Shown piece after piece: positions 1-8,178 of a stretch of DNA of 58,905 nucleotides. Position numbers and translations under genes: made by a program. Numbering within the stretch: position 1 is the first letter of the stretch; every line of letters starts with the position of its first letter. The stretch is from an uncultured Thermodesulfobacteriota bacterium (lineage in GTDB: Bacteria > Desulfobacterota > GWC2-55-46 > JADFVP01), in contig CAYYUX010000003.1 of the NCBI GenBank assembly GCA_964474975.1, forward strand, positions 1 to 58,905, read 5' to 3'. The notes under the pieces are model-generated. The model was not told the DNA's origin. It saw only the letters and a list, made by a program, of their open reading frames with translations, and ran no database searches.

Positions 1-236
1 AGGGCAGTAAAGCGTTCTTTTATGGCCTCGTCAAGGGTGTTTTTTACGATATTGATATCTTTACCTGCCTCGCGTCTCTCCGTAGGGTCTAACTTGCCCA
101 GTCCCTTGAGGAGCGCCGAGACCTCTCCTTTACGGCCAAGATACTTGACACGGAGGTTATTGAGGCCATCGAGGGTTTTGGCGTCTTTTACGGCGTCAAG
201 AGCCTCTGTACGTAAATCTACAAGATTTTTTTTCAT
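1..236 (-). CDS. pheS: Phenylalanine--tRNA ligase alpha subunit, N-terminal fragment (runs off the window)
   Basis: Hand translation from ATG at 236: MKKNLVDLRTEALDAVKDAKTLDGLNNLRVKYLGRKGEVSALLKGLGKLDPTERREAGKDINIVK. The RVKYLGRKG motif is the PheS N-terminal coiled coil; the gene follows rplT as is usual. Confidence 0.92.
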   Translation of the reverse strand, partial: MKKNLVDLRTEALDAVKDAKTLDGLNNLRVKYLGRKGEVSALLKGLGKLDPTERREAGKDINIVKNTLDEAIKERFTA

Positions 237-325
237 GGCAGAAATAGGCCGCCTCATTATGAAGCGGCTAAGGTATTGAGCATATTGAATAATGTGACCG
301 ATGCGGCCTGGCAGGAAGAACCCGT

Positions 326-685
326 CTATACAGCGAGCGCGGCCCTGGCGGACTCGACAATACGTGTAAAGGCCTCAGGGTCTCTAACGGCGATATCGGC
401 AAGAATTTTTCTGTCAAGACCGGTGCCGGAGACAGTAAGACCGTTCATGAGCCTTGAGTAGGAGATGCCGTTAATTCTCGCGGCGGCGTTAATTCTCGCT
501 ATCCAGAGGCGCCTCATAACCCTCTTCTTATTCCTTCTGTCACGATAGGCATATACAAGGCCCCTTTCCACTGCCTCTGCGGCTATGTGGTAGAGGTTGC
601 CGTTGCCGCCCCTGTAGCCCTTGGCGGCCTTCATGACCTTGCGTCTTTTTTTCTGTGCGTTGAGACTTCTTTTCACCCTTGGCAT
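326..685 (-). CDS. rplT: 50S ribosomal protein L20
   Basis: MPRVKR...KAAKGYRG...[25 protein letters not shown]; canonical infC-rpmI-rplT order. Confidence 0.98.
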   Translation of the reverse strand: MPRVKRSLNAQKKRRKVMKAAKGYRGGNGNLYHIAAEAVERGLVYAYRDRRNKKRVMRRLWIARINAAARINGISYSRLMNGLTVSGTGLDRKILADIAVRDPEAFTRIVESARAALAV

Positions 686-781
686 CGTACAAACTCCTTA
701 AAAATTACTTTTGTTTTAATAGGTTACAATTGAATCATGCGTGAGAACATTAGATATCGAACTCCAGTCCCCTCTACGCGA

Positions 782-979
782 TTATCCGCAGGAGAGCATC
801 CTTTTAACGGCCCTTGAGTCAACTTTAGCCACAAGTCCTGACTTGCGGAGATTTCTTTTAGTTGAGTTTGATTTGCTCGTCAGTATGTGTCTAAGACCGG
901 ATTTTTTACGTTTAACCTTACCTGTTCCCGTAAGCTTAAACCTCTTTGCGGCCCCTCTGTTTGTCTTCATCTTCGGCAT
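782..979 (-). CDS. rpmI: 50S ribosomal protein L35
   Basis: [24 protein letters not shown]...HILTSK; 65 aa. Confidence 0.98.
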   Translation of the reverse strand: MPKMKTNRGAAKRFKLTGTGKVKRKKSGLRHILTSKSNSTKRNLRKSGLVAKVDSRAVKRMLSCG

Positions 980-1044
980 GTCTTTCTCCTTCCATGGTCC
1001 TAGAGAGCCTTAGCAAAACTCTACGAAGAACCTTCTTTATTCTT

Positions 1045-1073
1045 AATATACACTTAGTCTTGTCTGTATTCAA
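1045..1073 (-). promoter_or_regulatory. Putative internal sigma70 promoter for rpmI-rplT
   Basis: Minus strand TTGAAT (1073-1068), 17 nt spacer, TATATT (1050-1045). Confidence 0.4.
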
Positions 1074-1101
1074 AAGGGAGACGCAAAAGAGCGTCTGTCC
1101 C
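1072..1101 (-). terminator. Intrinsic terminator-like hairpin between infC and rpmI
   Basis: Minus strand GGGA-CA-GACGC TCTTTT GCGTC-TCCC followed by TTTT. Confidence 0.5.
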
Positions 1102-1323
1102 GATTTTCTTCTTAATAGAGCGGCTCTCGCTTCGTTAACACAGAACCCTTGAGCAGTCATCTGCCATCATAATGCCCATCATCGCCCAAAACCACCCTGT
1201 CTTCCCCCCCCACATTCAGCAATTCCCCGTACCCCTATATTCCCCCACCCCACAGATGCTCCATATTCCCCCAATTCCCATTATCCCGTAAAGTCCAGTT
1301 TATCCGCCCTTATAATTCCCCTA

Positions 1324-1851
1324 TTATTTTTTAACTTTTATCTGGTTAGGTGCAAGAAGCATGGTCATCTTACGGCCTTCCATTCTCGGCAATGCCTCAA
1401 CAGTGCCGACCTCTTTCAGGTCTTCTGCAAGGCGTTGGAGCATTTTTTCACCGATATTCTTGTGTACTATCTCCCTGCCCCTGAAAAACACAAAGAACCT
1501 GACTCTGTCACCGGAGACAAGGAACTTTTCGGCGTTGCGTTCTTTAAATAGAAAGTCATGCTCGTCAGTCTTGGGCCTGAGCTTAATTTCTTTTATGTTG
1601 ATTACGGTCTGTTTCTTTCGAGCCTCGCGGGCTCGTTTACTCATCTGGTACTTATATTTACCGTAATCCATAATACGACATACAGGAGGTTTGGCCTGCG
1701 GGGCTACCTCAACAAGATCAAGGCCGGAATTCTCGGCCACGGCAAGCGCCTCTGTGGTCTGCATAATGCCCAGTTGATTACCTTCGACATCAACGACCCT
1801 TACCTGCGCGACCTTAATCATACCATTGGTTCGTGTCCTATCCCTTGCTAT
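1324..1851 (-). CDS. infC: Translation initiation factor IF-3 (probable AUA start at 1851; ORF track starts at internal ATG 1821)
   Basis: VRVVDVEGNQLGIM...LDLVEVAPQAKPPVCRIMDYGKYKY. In-frame ATA at 1851-1849 lies 9 nt after a GGGGG SD-like tract and restores the N-terminus IARDRTRTNGMIK. Confidence 0.95.
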   Translation of the reverse strand: MARDRTRTNGMIKVAQVRVVDVEGNQLGIMQTTEALAVAENSGLDLVEVAPQAKPPVCRIMDYGKYKYQMSKRAREARKKQTVINIKEIKLRPKTDEHDFLFKERNAEKFLVSGDRVRFFVFFRGREIVHKNIGEKMLQRLAEDLKEVGTVEALPRMEGRKMTMLLAPNQIKVKK

Positions 1852-1853
1852 AG

Positions 1854-3779
1854 CTACTTACCCCCTTGAGGTTTATTTTCGTTTTTTATCATATCCAGAA
1901 AGTCACGGATATTCATGGGTTCAAGAACGCCCTTGCCCTTTGCGCGTGGCGTTATTATCTGCTCTTCCTCTTCCCTGTCTCCAAGGACAAGAAGGTATGG
2001 AATCTTTTCGAGTTCGCCTTCGCGTATCTTGAAGCCGAGTTTTTCGCTTCTGTCATCAAGGTCGGCCCTTAACCCGGCGTCCTTGAGGAGTTTAAGGACA
2101 GAGGCGCCGTACTCGGCGTTTCGCTCCGTAACGGTAAGGACACGCACCTGCAGAGGCGCGAGCCAGAGGGGGAATGCCCCGCCGTAATGCTCTATAAGAC
2201 AACCCATGAAGCGCTCAAGGGAGCCCATAAGGGCTCTGTGAAGCATAATGGGACGCGAATCCGTTCCGGAATTGTCTCTGTATGTAACATTAAAACGCTC
2301 GGGAAGGTTGAAGTCTACCTGAAGTGTAGAGCATTGCCAGCTTCTTCCGAGGGTATCTTTAATCTTGATGTCAATCTTCGGGCCGTAAAATACACCTTCA
2401 CCGGGGTCTATTGTGTAGTCTATACCCAGTGAGGTCATGGCGCCGCCAAGGGCGGCCTCGGCCCTTGCCCAGTCAGCAAGGTCTCCCACATACTTGTCGG
2501 GCCTTGTGCTGAGATATATATCGAATTCATTAAACCCGAAAGACCGTAATATGTAAAGGGTAAAGTTAAGCACCCCTTTTATTTCCGCTTCCATCTGCTC
2601 AGGCGCCATGAAGATATGGGCATCGTCCTGAGTAAAGCCGCGGACGCGGAGGAGGCCGTGAAGCACGCCTGAGCGCTCGTAGCGGTAAACAGTGCCGAGT
2701 TCGGCGTACCTGATGGGCAGATCCCGGTAGCTTCTGAGGCGACTCTTGTAAACTTGTATATGGAAGGGGCAGTTCATTGGTTTTACGATATACTCCTGCC
2801 CCTCGACATCCATTGGAGAAAAAAGGTTTTCTCTGTAAAAATCCCAGTGTCCCGAGGTCTTCCATAGCTCTACGCTGGCAACATGGGGAGAATAGACTAT
2901 ATCGTAGCCATTTGCCCTGTGTTTCGCCCGCCAGAAATCTTCTATGATACCTCTGACAACGGCGCCCTTGGGGTGCCACAAAACAAGGCCCGCGCCCACA
3001 TCGGGATTTGTAGAGAAAAGGTCGAGTTCTTTGCCAAGACGGCGGTGGTCTCGTTTTTTGGCCTCTTCCATTAGTTTAAGATGGTCTTTCAGGGCCTTTT
3101 TGTCGGCAAAGGCCGTGCCGTATATACGCTGGAGCATCTTGCGCTTTTCGTCTCCGCGCCAATAGGCCCCGGCTATGCCAGTAAGCTTAAATGCCTTGAT
3201 ATACCCCGTAGATGGAACATGAGGGCCTCTGCAAAGGTCCGTAAAGTCAGACTGGCTGTAAAGGGTAACTGTATCGGCGTCAAGGTCGTTAATAATCTCA
3301 ACCTTGTAGTCTTCTTTAGCGGACCTGAAAAGATCAAGGGCCGCGTCTTTTGCAATAGTCGATACGGTGAAGGGGTAATTCTCTCTGATTATCTCAGACA
3401 TTTTTTTTTCAATGGCCTTCAGGGCATCGGGGGTAAAGGGCTCGGACACATCAAAATCATAATAAAAACCATTAGCTATGGTAGGGCCGATGGCAAATTT
3501 GACATCGGGATAGAGGCTTTTTACGGCCTGCGCCATGACGTGGGCCGTGGAATGTCGGCATATTTCAAGCCCCTCGGGAGAATCAAGCATAACGGGTTCA
3601 AGGTCTTCAAGGCCCTCGGCTGTATCAGCCGTAGCCGAGAGGTCAAGGAGCCTGCTGTCTGCCTTCACGGCTACACACCTCTTCAAGAGGCCCTTGTCAT
3701 GGGCTTTCAGGGTATCAAAAAAGGTGGTCTCAGGGGCGCATTCGAGGGCGGTTCCGTCCTTGAGGATTATTTTTGTCAT
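1854..3779 (-). CDS. thrS: Threonine--tRNA ligase
   Basis: TGS N-terminus, HSTAHVMAQA, DLCRGPHV, DHRRLGKELDLF, KPMNCPFH, LLRVRGFTQDDAH. Confidence 0.99.
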   Translation of the reverse strand: MTKIILKDGTALECAPETTFFDTLKAHDKGLLKRCVAVKADSRLLDLSATADTAEGLEDLEPVMLDSPEGLEICRHSTAHVMAQAVKSLYPDVKFAIGPTIANGFYYDFDVSEPFTPDALKAIEKKMSEIIRENYPFTVSTIAKDAALDLFRSAKEDYKVEIINDLDADTVTLYSQSDFTDLCRGPHVPSTGYIKAFKLTGIAGAYWRGDEKRKMLQRIYGTAFADKKALKDHLKLMEEAKKRDHRRLGKELDLFSTNPDVGAGLVLWHPKGAVVRGIIEDFWRAKHRANGYDIVYSPHVASVELWKTSGHWDFYRENLFSPMDVEGQEYIVKPMNCPFHIQVYKSRLRSYRDLPIRYAELGTVYRYERSGVLHGLLRVRGFTQDDAHIFMAPEQMEAEIKGVLNFTLYILRSFGFNEFDIYLSTRPDKYVGDLADWARAEAALGGAMTSLGIDYTIDPGEGVFYGPKIDIKIKDTLGRSWQCSTLQVDFNLPERFNVTYRDNSGTDSRPIMLHRALMGSLERFMGCLIEHYGGAFPLWLAPLQVRVLTVTERNAEYGASVLKLLKDAGLRADLDDRSEKLGFKIREGELEKIPYLLVLGDREEEEQIITPRAKGKGVLEPMNIRDFLDMIKNENKPQGGK

Positions 3780-3895
3780 AATGAGTATTTTGTTAGTATA
3801 TTTAAGATAAAGGGCCGCCTCGCTTCCGAATCCTCCCCCTTGAAGGACTATAACCGGGGTTGGTCAGGAAAATCATGGCGGGCCGCCGTTGCTAC

Positions 3896-3970
3896 TGGTA
3901 GGCACGGGCGGTTTCGAACCGCCGACCTCTACCGTGTCAAGGTAGCGCTCTCCCACTGAGCTACGCGCCT
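3896..3970 (-). tRNA. tRNA-Val(GAC)
   Basis: Folds as AGGCGCG TA GCTC AGTGGGA GAGC G CTACC TTGACAC GGTAG AGGTC GGCGG TTCGAAA CCGCC CGTGCCT A CCA; anticodon GAC, encoded CCA. Confidence 0.97.
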
Positions 3971-4069
3971 ATATATAAAAAACAAGAGTAGTGCTTAACA
4001 AAAAAAAACGCCCGAAAGAAGAACTCCGGGTAGCCTTTAGAAACCCTAACGGTTTAAAGGTATTAGAAA

Positions 4070-4097
4070 ATTCTATCATAAAGGGTCGGTCTGTCAA
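4070..4097 (-). promoter_or_regulatory. Sigma70 promoter for the tRNA-Val/thrS operon
   Basis: Minus strand TTGACA (4097-4092), 16 nt spacer ending in TGA (extended -10), TAGAAT (4075-4070); about 100 nt upstream of the tRNA. Confidence 0.7.
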
Positions 4098-4210
4098 GGA
4101 AAATGAACAGTTCGCGAAAAAAGAATGGTTATATAAAGGACATGGGGTTCTGACAGGCATAACCGCAGGAAAAGGAGGAGGAAGACGGTATGGTGCCTTA
4201 AAAATGGATT

Positions 4211-4239
4211 GGGAGGTCTTTTCAGAGAAAAGACCTCCC
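4211..4239. repeat. Perfect 13-bp inverted repeat with 3-nt loop
   Basis: GGGAGGTCTTTTC AGA GAAAAGACCTCCC; no flanking U-tract on either strand. Confidence 0.85.
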
Positions 4240-4629
4240 GGTAATGCAGATAGTTTGGAAGGAGGGGGAGGCGGGACTTCGTAAAGAAGCTCTGTGCAGA
4301 TAAAAAACATGAAGCTTAAAAGAGACGATGAAGCTTATAATTGTCTCTGTTGTTTTTTTTAGTGTTCCCTTAGATGATAATATTTACATTCACACCCATG
4401 ATAGCCTGCCCCTTACTTAAGTACCATTGTATAAAACTTATTATTAAAGCATTATTAGAAAAAAAAAGTAAAACGTCCCGGGCCGTAAATCTGGCTTTTT
4501 TCCCGATGATTGGCTATAATCCAAAATGCTCTGAAATCAAGACCTATATGACACCTTACATTGAGAGGTCTGATTAACATTAGACTTCCCCTGTGCTTCA
4601 AACAAAAATCATCTTAAACTGATGGGAAA

Positions 4630-6048
4630 ATGATATTTCCAAGCCAGATTTTTTTATTTTATTTTCTCCCCCTCCTCCTCGCCCTCTATTACGTTACGCC
4701 AAAAAAGTATCGCAACCATGTGCTACTTGCATTTAGTTACTTCTTTTACCTCTGGGGGAGCGGCCCTTTTCTCTTTGCCCTTATAGCCGCCACGGCAGTG
4801 GATTTTTTTCTGGCCCTTAAGATAGAGAGTACCGAGGCAAAGGCGCGTTCGTACTGGCTTGCCCTCTCCATAGGCATAAACATCGCCATACTCGGATACT
4901 TCAAATACTCCAACTTCTTCATCGACGAGGTAAACGCCCTATTCAGCTCACCGGGCGCGCCTCACATAAAATGGACGAAGGTAATCCTGCCCATAGGTAT
5001 TTCGTTTTTCACCTTTCAGAAGATAACGTACCTTGTAGATGTATACAGGGGAGAAAAAAAGGCGCTACGCAGTTTTGTGGATTACGCCCTTTATGTAGCA
5101 CTATTTCCACAGCTCATCGCAGGCCCCATCGTGCGTTTTCATGAGATAAGCGATCAGCTTCGCACACGCACCGAGACCTTTGACGGGTTTTATGAGGGAA
5201 CTCTGCGTTTTTCCTGGGGCCTCATGAAAAAAGTAATACTCGCCAACAGATGCGGCGCAATAGCCGACGCCGTATTCGCCCTTAATACGGGAACGCTGGA
5301 CACAAAGATGGCATGGATAGGGGTGGTGGCATACGGGCTACAGATATACCTTGATTTTTCCGCATACTCCGATATGGCAATAGGGCTTGGCCACATGTTC
5401 GGCTTTACCCTGCCGGAGAACTTCAGGCGGCCTTACTCTGCAATAAGCATTACGGACTTCTGGCGCAGATGGCATATTACGCTCTCCCATTTCTTTCGTG
5501 ATTATCTCTACATACCCCTCGGCGGCAACCGCGTCTCTGCCCTGAGGACATACATAAATCTCATGATAGTCTTTACACTCTGCGGGCTCTGGCACGGCGC
5601 CAACTGGACATTCATCATCTGGGGCGGCTTTCACGGAACACTGCTTATAATAGAACGCCTCTCTGGGCTCCGCACCACTGAGGCAGAAAATTTTATCATT
5701 ATTAGACGGGCCGTAACCCTCTTTCTCGTAATGTTGGGATGGGTTTTTTTCCGCTCATCGGGCATGGGGCAAGCACTCTCCATGCTGAAGGTAATGTTCG
5801 TACCCGTATATCACCCCCTTTCCTTTACCCTTATTGAAACCCTTAACTACAGGAATCTTTTCTTCATGCTTATTGCCTCCATTGTTTTCTTTCTGCCGCG
5901 CAGGTTCTCCGGCCTCTCTCTCATTACAAGACACAACGCCCCCCTTATCGACTCCCTGAGGGTGGCCGGAGTAATAATAATGGTCCTTTATTCCGTAGCC
6001 CTTATTGTAAGCGGCTCATATAACCCCTTTATATATTTTCAATTCTAA
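4630..6048 (+). CDS. algI: MBOAT family O-acyltransferase (AlgI/PatA/DltB-like)
   Basis: LGYFKYSNF, LPIGISFFTFQ, FPQLIAGPIVR, DFSAYSDMAIG, ENFRRPY, FWRRWHITLS, RDYLYIPLGGNR, GLWHGANWTF (catalytic His). Confidence 0.92.
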   Translation: MIFPSQIFLFYFLPLLLALYYVTPKKYRNHVLLAFSYFFYLWGSGPFLFALIAATAVDFFLALKIESTEAKARSYWLALSIGINIAILGYFKYSNFFIDEVNALFSSPGAPHIKWTKVILPIGISFFTFQKITYLVDVYRGEKKALRSFVDYALYVALFPQLIAGPIVRFHEISDQLRTRTETFDGFYEGTLRFSWGLMKKVILANRCGAIADAVFALNTGTLDTKMAWIGVVAYGLQIYLDFSAYSDMAIGLGHMFGFTLPENFRRPYSAISITDFWRRWHITLSHFFRDYLYIPLGGNRVSALRTYINLMIVFTLCGLWHGANWTFIIWGGFHGTLLIIERLSGLRTTEAENFIIIRRAVTLFLVMLGWVFFRSSGMGQALSMLKVMFVPVYHPLSFTLIETLNYRNLFFMLIASIVFFLPRRFSGLSLITRHNAPLIDSLRVAGVIIMVLYSVALIVSGSYNPFIYFQF

Positions 6049-6055
6049 GAGGCCC

Positions 6056-7210
6056 ATGAGAAAAAAAATTATTACAGGCTTTTTTGTGCTGATTATTACA
6101 AGCGGGGTCTACGGCCTTGCCTTTGGACTTCAGACGAAGCTTGATGAAAAACGGCATCTCGCCCCTGCACCTGCGTTCAAGGCAGAGAGACTCTTAAAGA
6201 GTAATTACTATGCAAAACTCGGCAGATTTCTTGAAGACCGTCATCCATACCGCAGGCCCTTTATTGTGGCTAAAAACTGGATAGACTATTACATCTTCGA
6301 CACATCGCCCTCGCCACTCGTTCATATCGGCACCGATGGATGGCTCTACTATAAAAGAGGGATGAGGGATTACTTTAAAAATAGCTGTAATAAGCGGGAA
6401 AAGGCGCGTAATATCGCCCGAGAGCTCAACTCCATAGAAAAAGTAATAAACGCCTCTGGAAAGAGATTTTTCCTCATAGTCGCCCCTGACAAGGCCACTA
6501 TATACCCCGAACACGTGGGGATAGAGCGGCGCCCCGGGAGTTGCGGAAAGAGCTTTTATGATCTATTCTTAGATGCGCTCAAGGAATTCCCCGTAAGAGG
6601 TTTTATTCGACTTGATAAAAAATTGATTGCGGCCAAAAAGGACTCGCTACTCTATTTTAAAAAAGGCACACACTGGAATTACAGAGGCTCCGTCCTTGTG
6701 AGCAAGGTAATACTTGAGAGACTCTCCACAGCGGAGAGAAGAGGCCGTATGCCGCATATAAGATTTACTCATCGCAAAATCAAACGTGATCTTGCCGATT
6801 TATTAGGCATCAATCTATATGAGATGGCGGAAACGGCCCGAATAACCGGGAAGGCCGGAACAGTAAGCACAGAAAAAATGCCACGTCTGTCCAACGGTAT
6901 GACGCACATCAGGATGCGGGCCGTCTCCAAGACCCAATCTCCTCTTCTGCCGCGCACAGTCATATACAGGGATTCATTCATGACTCTGCCCTTCACCATA
7001 ATAGACGGCTCTTTTGACAGGTTAGACGCGCTATGGGCTCACCGCCTGCCCCTTTACGACAAAAAATACTTAGATCTTACCAGCGCATCTAATATAATCA
7101 TACTTGAGGTTGTTGAGAGAGATCTCTACAATGTACTGATAAAAGAAAAAAACATGGTTTGGGCCCTTGGCGGCGGACTGCGCTACAAACGCGATAAACA
7201 TCAATTATAA
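6056..7210 (+). CDS. AlgJ/AlgX-like periplasmic O-acetyltransferase (SGNH-like)
   Basis: N-terminal membrane anchor, GTDGWLYY, APDKATIYPE, GTHWNYRG, IYRDSF, ILEVVER; 7 nt downstream of the MBOAT gene. Confidence 0.8.
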   Translation: MRKKIITGFFVLIITSGVYGLAFGLQTKLDEKRHLAPAPAFKAERLLKSNYYAKLGRFLEDRHPYRRPFIVAKNWIDYYIFDTSPSPLVHIGTDGWLYYKRGMRDYFKNSCNKREKARNIARELNSIEKVINASGKRFFLIVAPDKATIYPEHVGIERRPGSCGKSFYDLFLDALKEFPVRGFIRLDKKLIAAKKDSLLYFKKGTHWNYRGSVLVSKVILERLSTAERRGRMPHIRFTHRKIKRDLADLLGINLYEMAETARITGKAGTVSTEKMPRLSNGMTHIRMRAVSKTQSPLLPRTVIYRDSFMTLPFTIIDGSFDRLDALWAHRLPLYDKKYLDLTSASNIIILEVVERDLYNVLIKEKNMVWALGGGLRYKRDKHQL

Positions 7211-7372
7211 ACGGCCGCGACGTATTAAGGGCTTTATATTATCTCGATTATAATTGGACAAGGGGTTCGCCACTCTAAAGGGCCAAAGAGAAAAAACCGA
7301 TAAAATATACAGTGATTTCTCAAGGGTCCCTGCCGAGCCAATTTCCGTGAAATTTCAAATTGAGGAATTTTA

Positions 7373-8014
7373 ATGCTTAAAGCAGATTGTCCGGAATGCA
7401 AATGTTCTGTAACATCACCCTTTATGACGGAATCAAGGTCCATTGAGTGTCCTAACTGCGGAACCGTTTTTACGACAAAAGACGTATTCGTAACCACCGG
7501 TTCGTACTCCATTTACAGAGAAGTGCTTATCAGGAACATGCATAAGTACGTGCGCCTCCTGAGAGAGGCAACGGCAGAGATGAACGAGCTTGAAGAGCTT
7601 GGCAAGGACTCTCTACCATACAGGGAATCGGCAAGGGCGGTAAGACACTTCGTTGAAAGCCTGAGAGAGCTTCTCGGCAACTGCAGGAGCAAGCTCCGTA
7701 TCCCGGGCGGAAAGGCAACAGTAGATTATTATATCGGCGACGCCATGTATACAGGCGTCCTGAAGGACATCAGCTCAACAGGTTTGTGTATAGCCATCAA
7801 GGACAGGACTCATAAGATAGAACCCGGGCATATTATAAAATTATGCATAAAAGACGAATGCCTCAAAGAGCCGCTCTGCCTGAAGGCATGGGCTGTCTGG
7901 AACACTGAAAAAGGCATGACAGGATTAAAATTCGTAGGTCTTTGCGATTCTTCGAAAGAAGCACTTAACGGATTCATCTCTTTCAAGGGCTCGCTACAAA
8001 ACCTCTGCGGCTAA
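7373..8014 (+). CDS. Zinc-ribbon plus PilZ domain protein
   Basis: CPEC...CPNC at the N-terminus, helical middle region, then RSKLR (RxxxR) and DISSTG (DxSxxG) PilZ motifs and a GLKF C-terminal strand. Confidence 0.7.
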   Translation: MLKADCPECKCSVTSPFMTESRSIECPNCGTVFTTKDVFVTTGSYSIYREVLIRNMHKYVRLLREATAEMNELEELGKDSLPYRESARAVRHFVESLRELLGNCRSKLRIPGGKATVDYYIGDAMYTGVLKDISSTGLCIAIKDRTHKIEPGHIIKLCIKDECLKEPLCLKAWAVWNTEKGMTGLKFVGLCDSSKEALNGFISFKGSLQNLCG

Positions 8015-8061
8015 AGGGCCGTACCGTGAGGCCGAAAGAGTCTTCAAGAATGGAGATACAT

Positions 8062-8092
8062 AAAAAAAACCGGGGCGGCGCATTAACCCCGG
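8062..8092 (-). terminator. Intrinsic terminator after proS
   Basis: CCGGGG/CCCCGG stem followed by T8 on the minus strand, between convergent genes. Confidence 0.6.
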
Positions 8093-8178
8093 CGTTATGA
8101 CTCTGGTCTAAATATTTATGGTATATGAGATTACTGTCTTCGCACCTTAAGCAAAACCGCCATATAAGATGCCCTGCC

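Noticed and set aside
237-325. Mini-ORF MLNTLAAS* (283-257, minus) whose stop forms the loop of a 9-bp hairpin just upstream of pheS; considered as a pheM-like attenuator
   Set aside because: No Phe codons and no SD for the mini-ORF; the hairpin has only a weak U-tail. Cannot support attenuation.
3780-3895. Possible T-box or tRNA-mimic operator upstream of thrS
   Set aside because: Only 116 nt; no T-box consensus (UGGNACC), no specifier stem, and no convincing anticodon-like xGU hairpin.
3081-3959. 292-aa plus-strand ORF
   Set aside because: Antisense shadow of thrS and tRNA-Val; no recognisable motifs.
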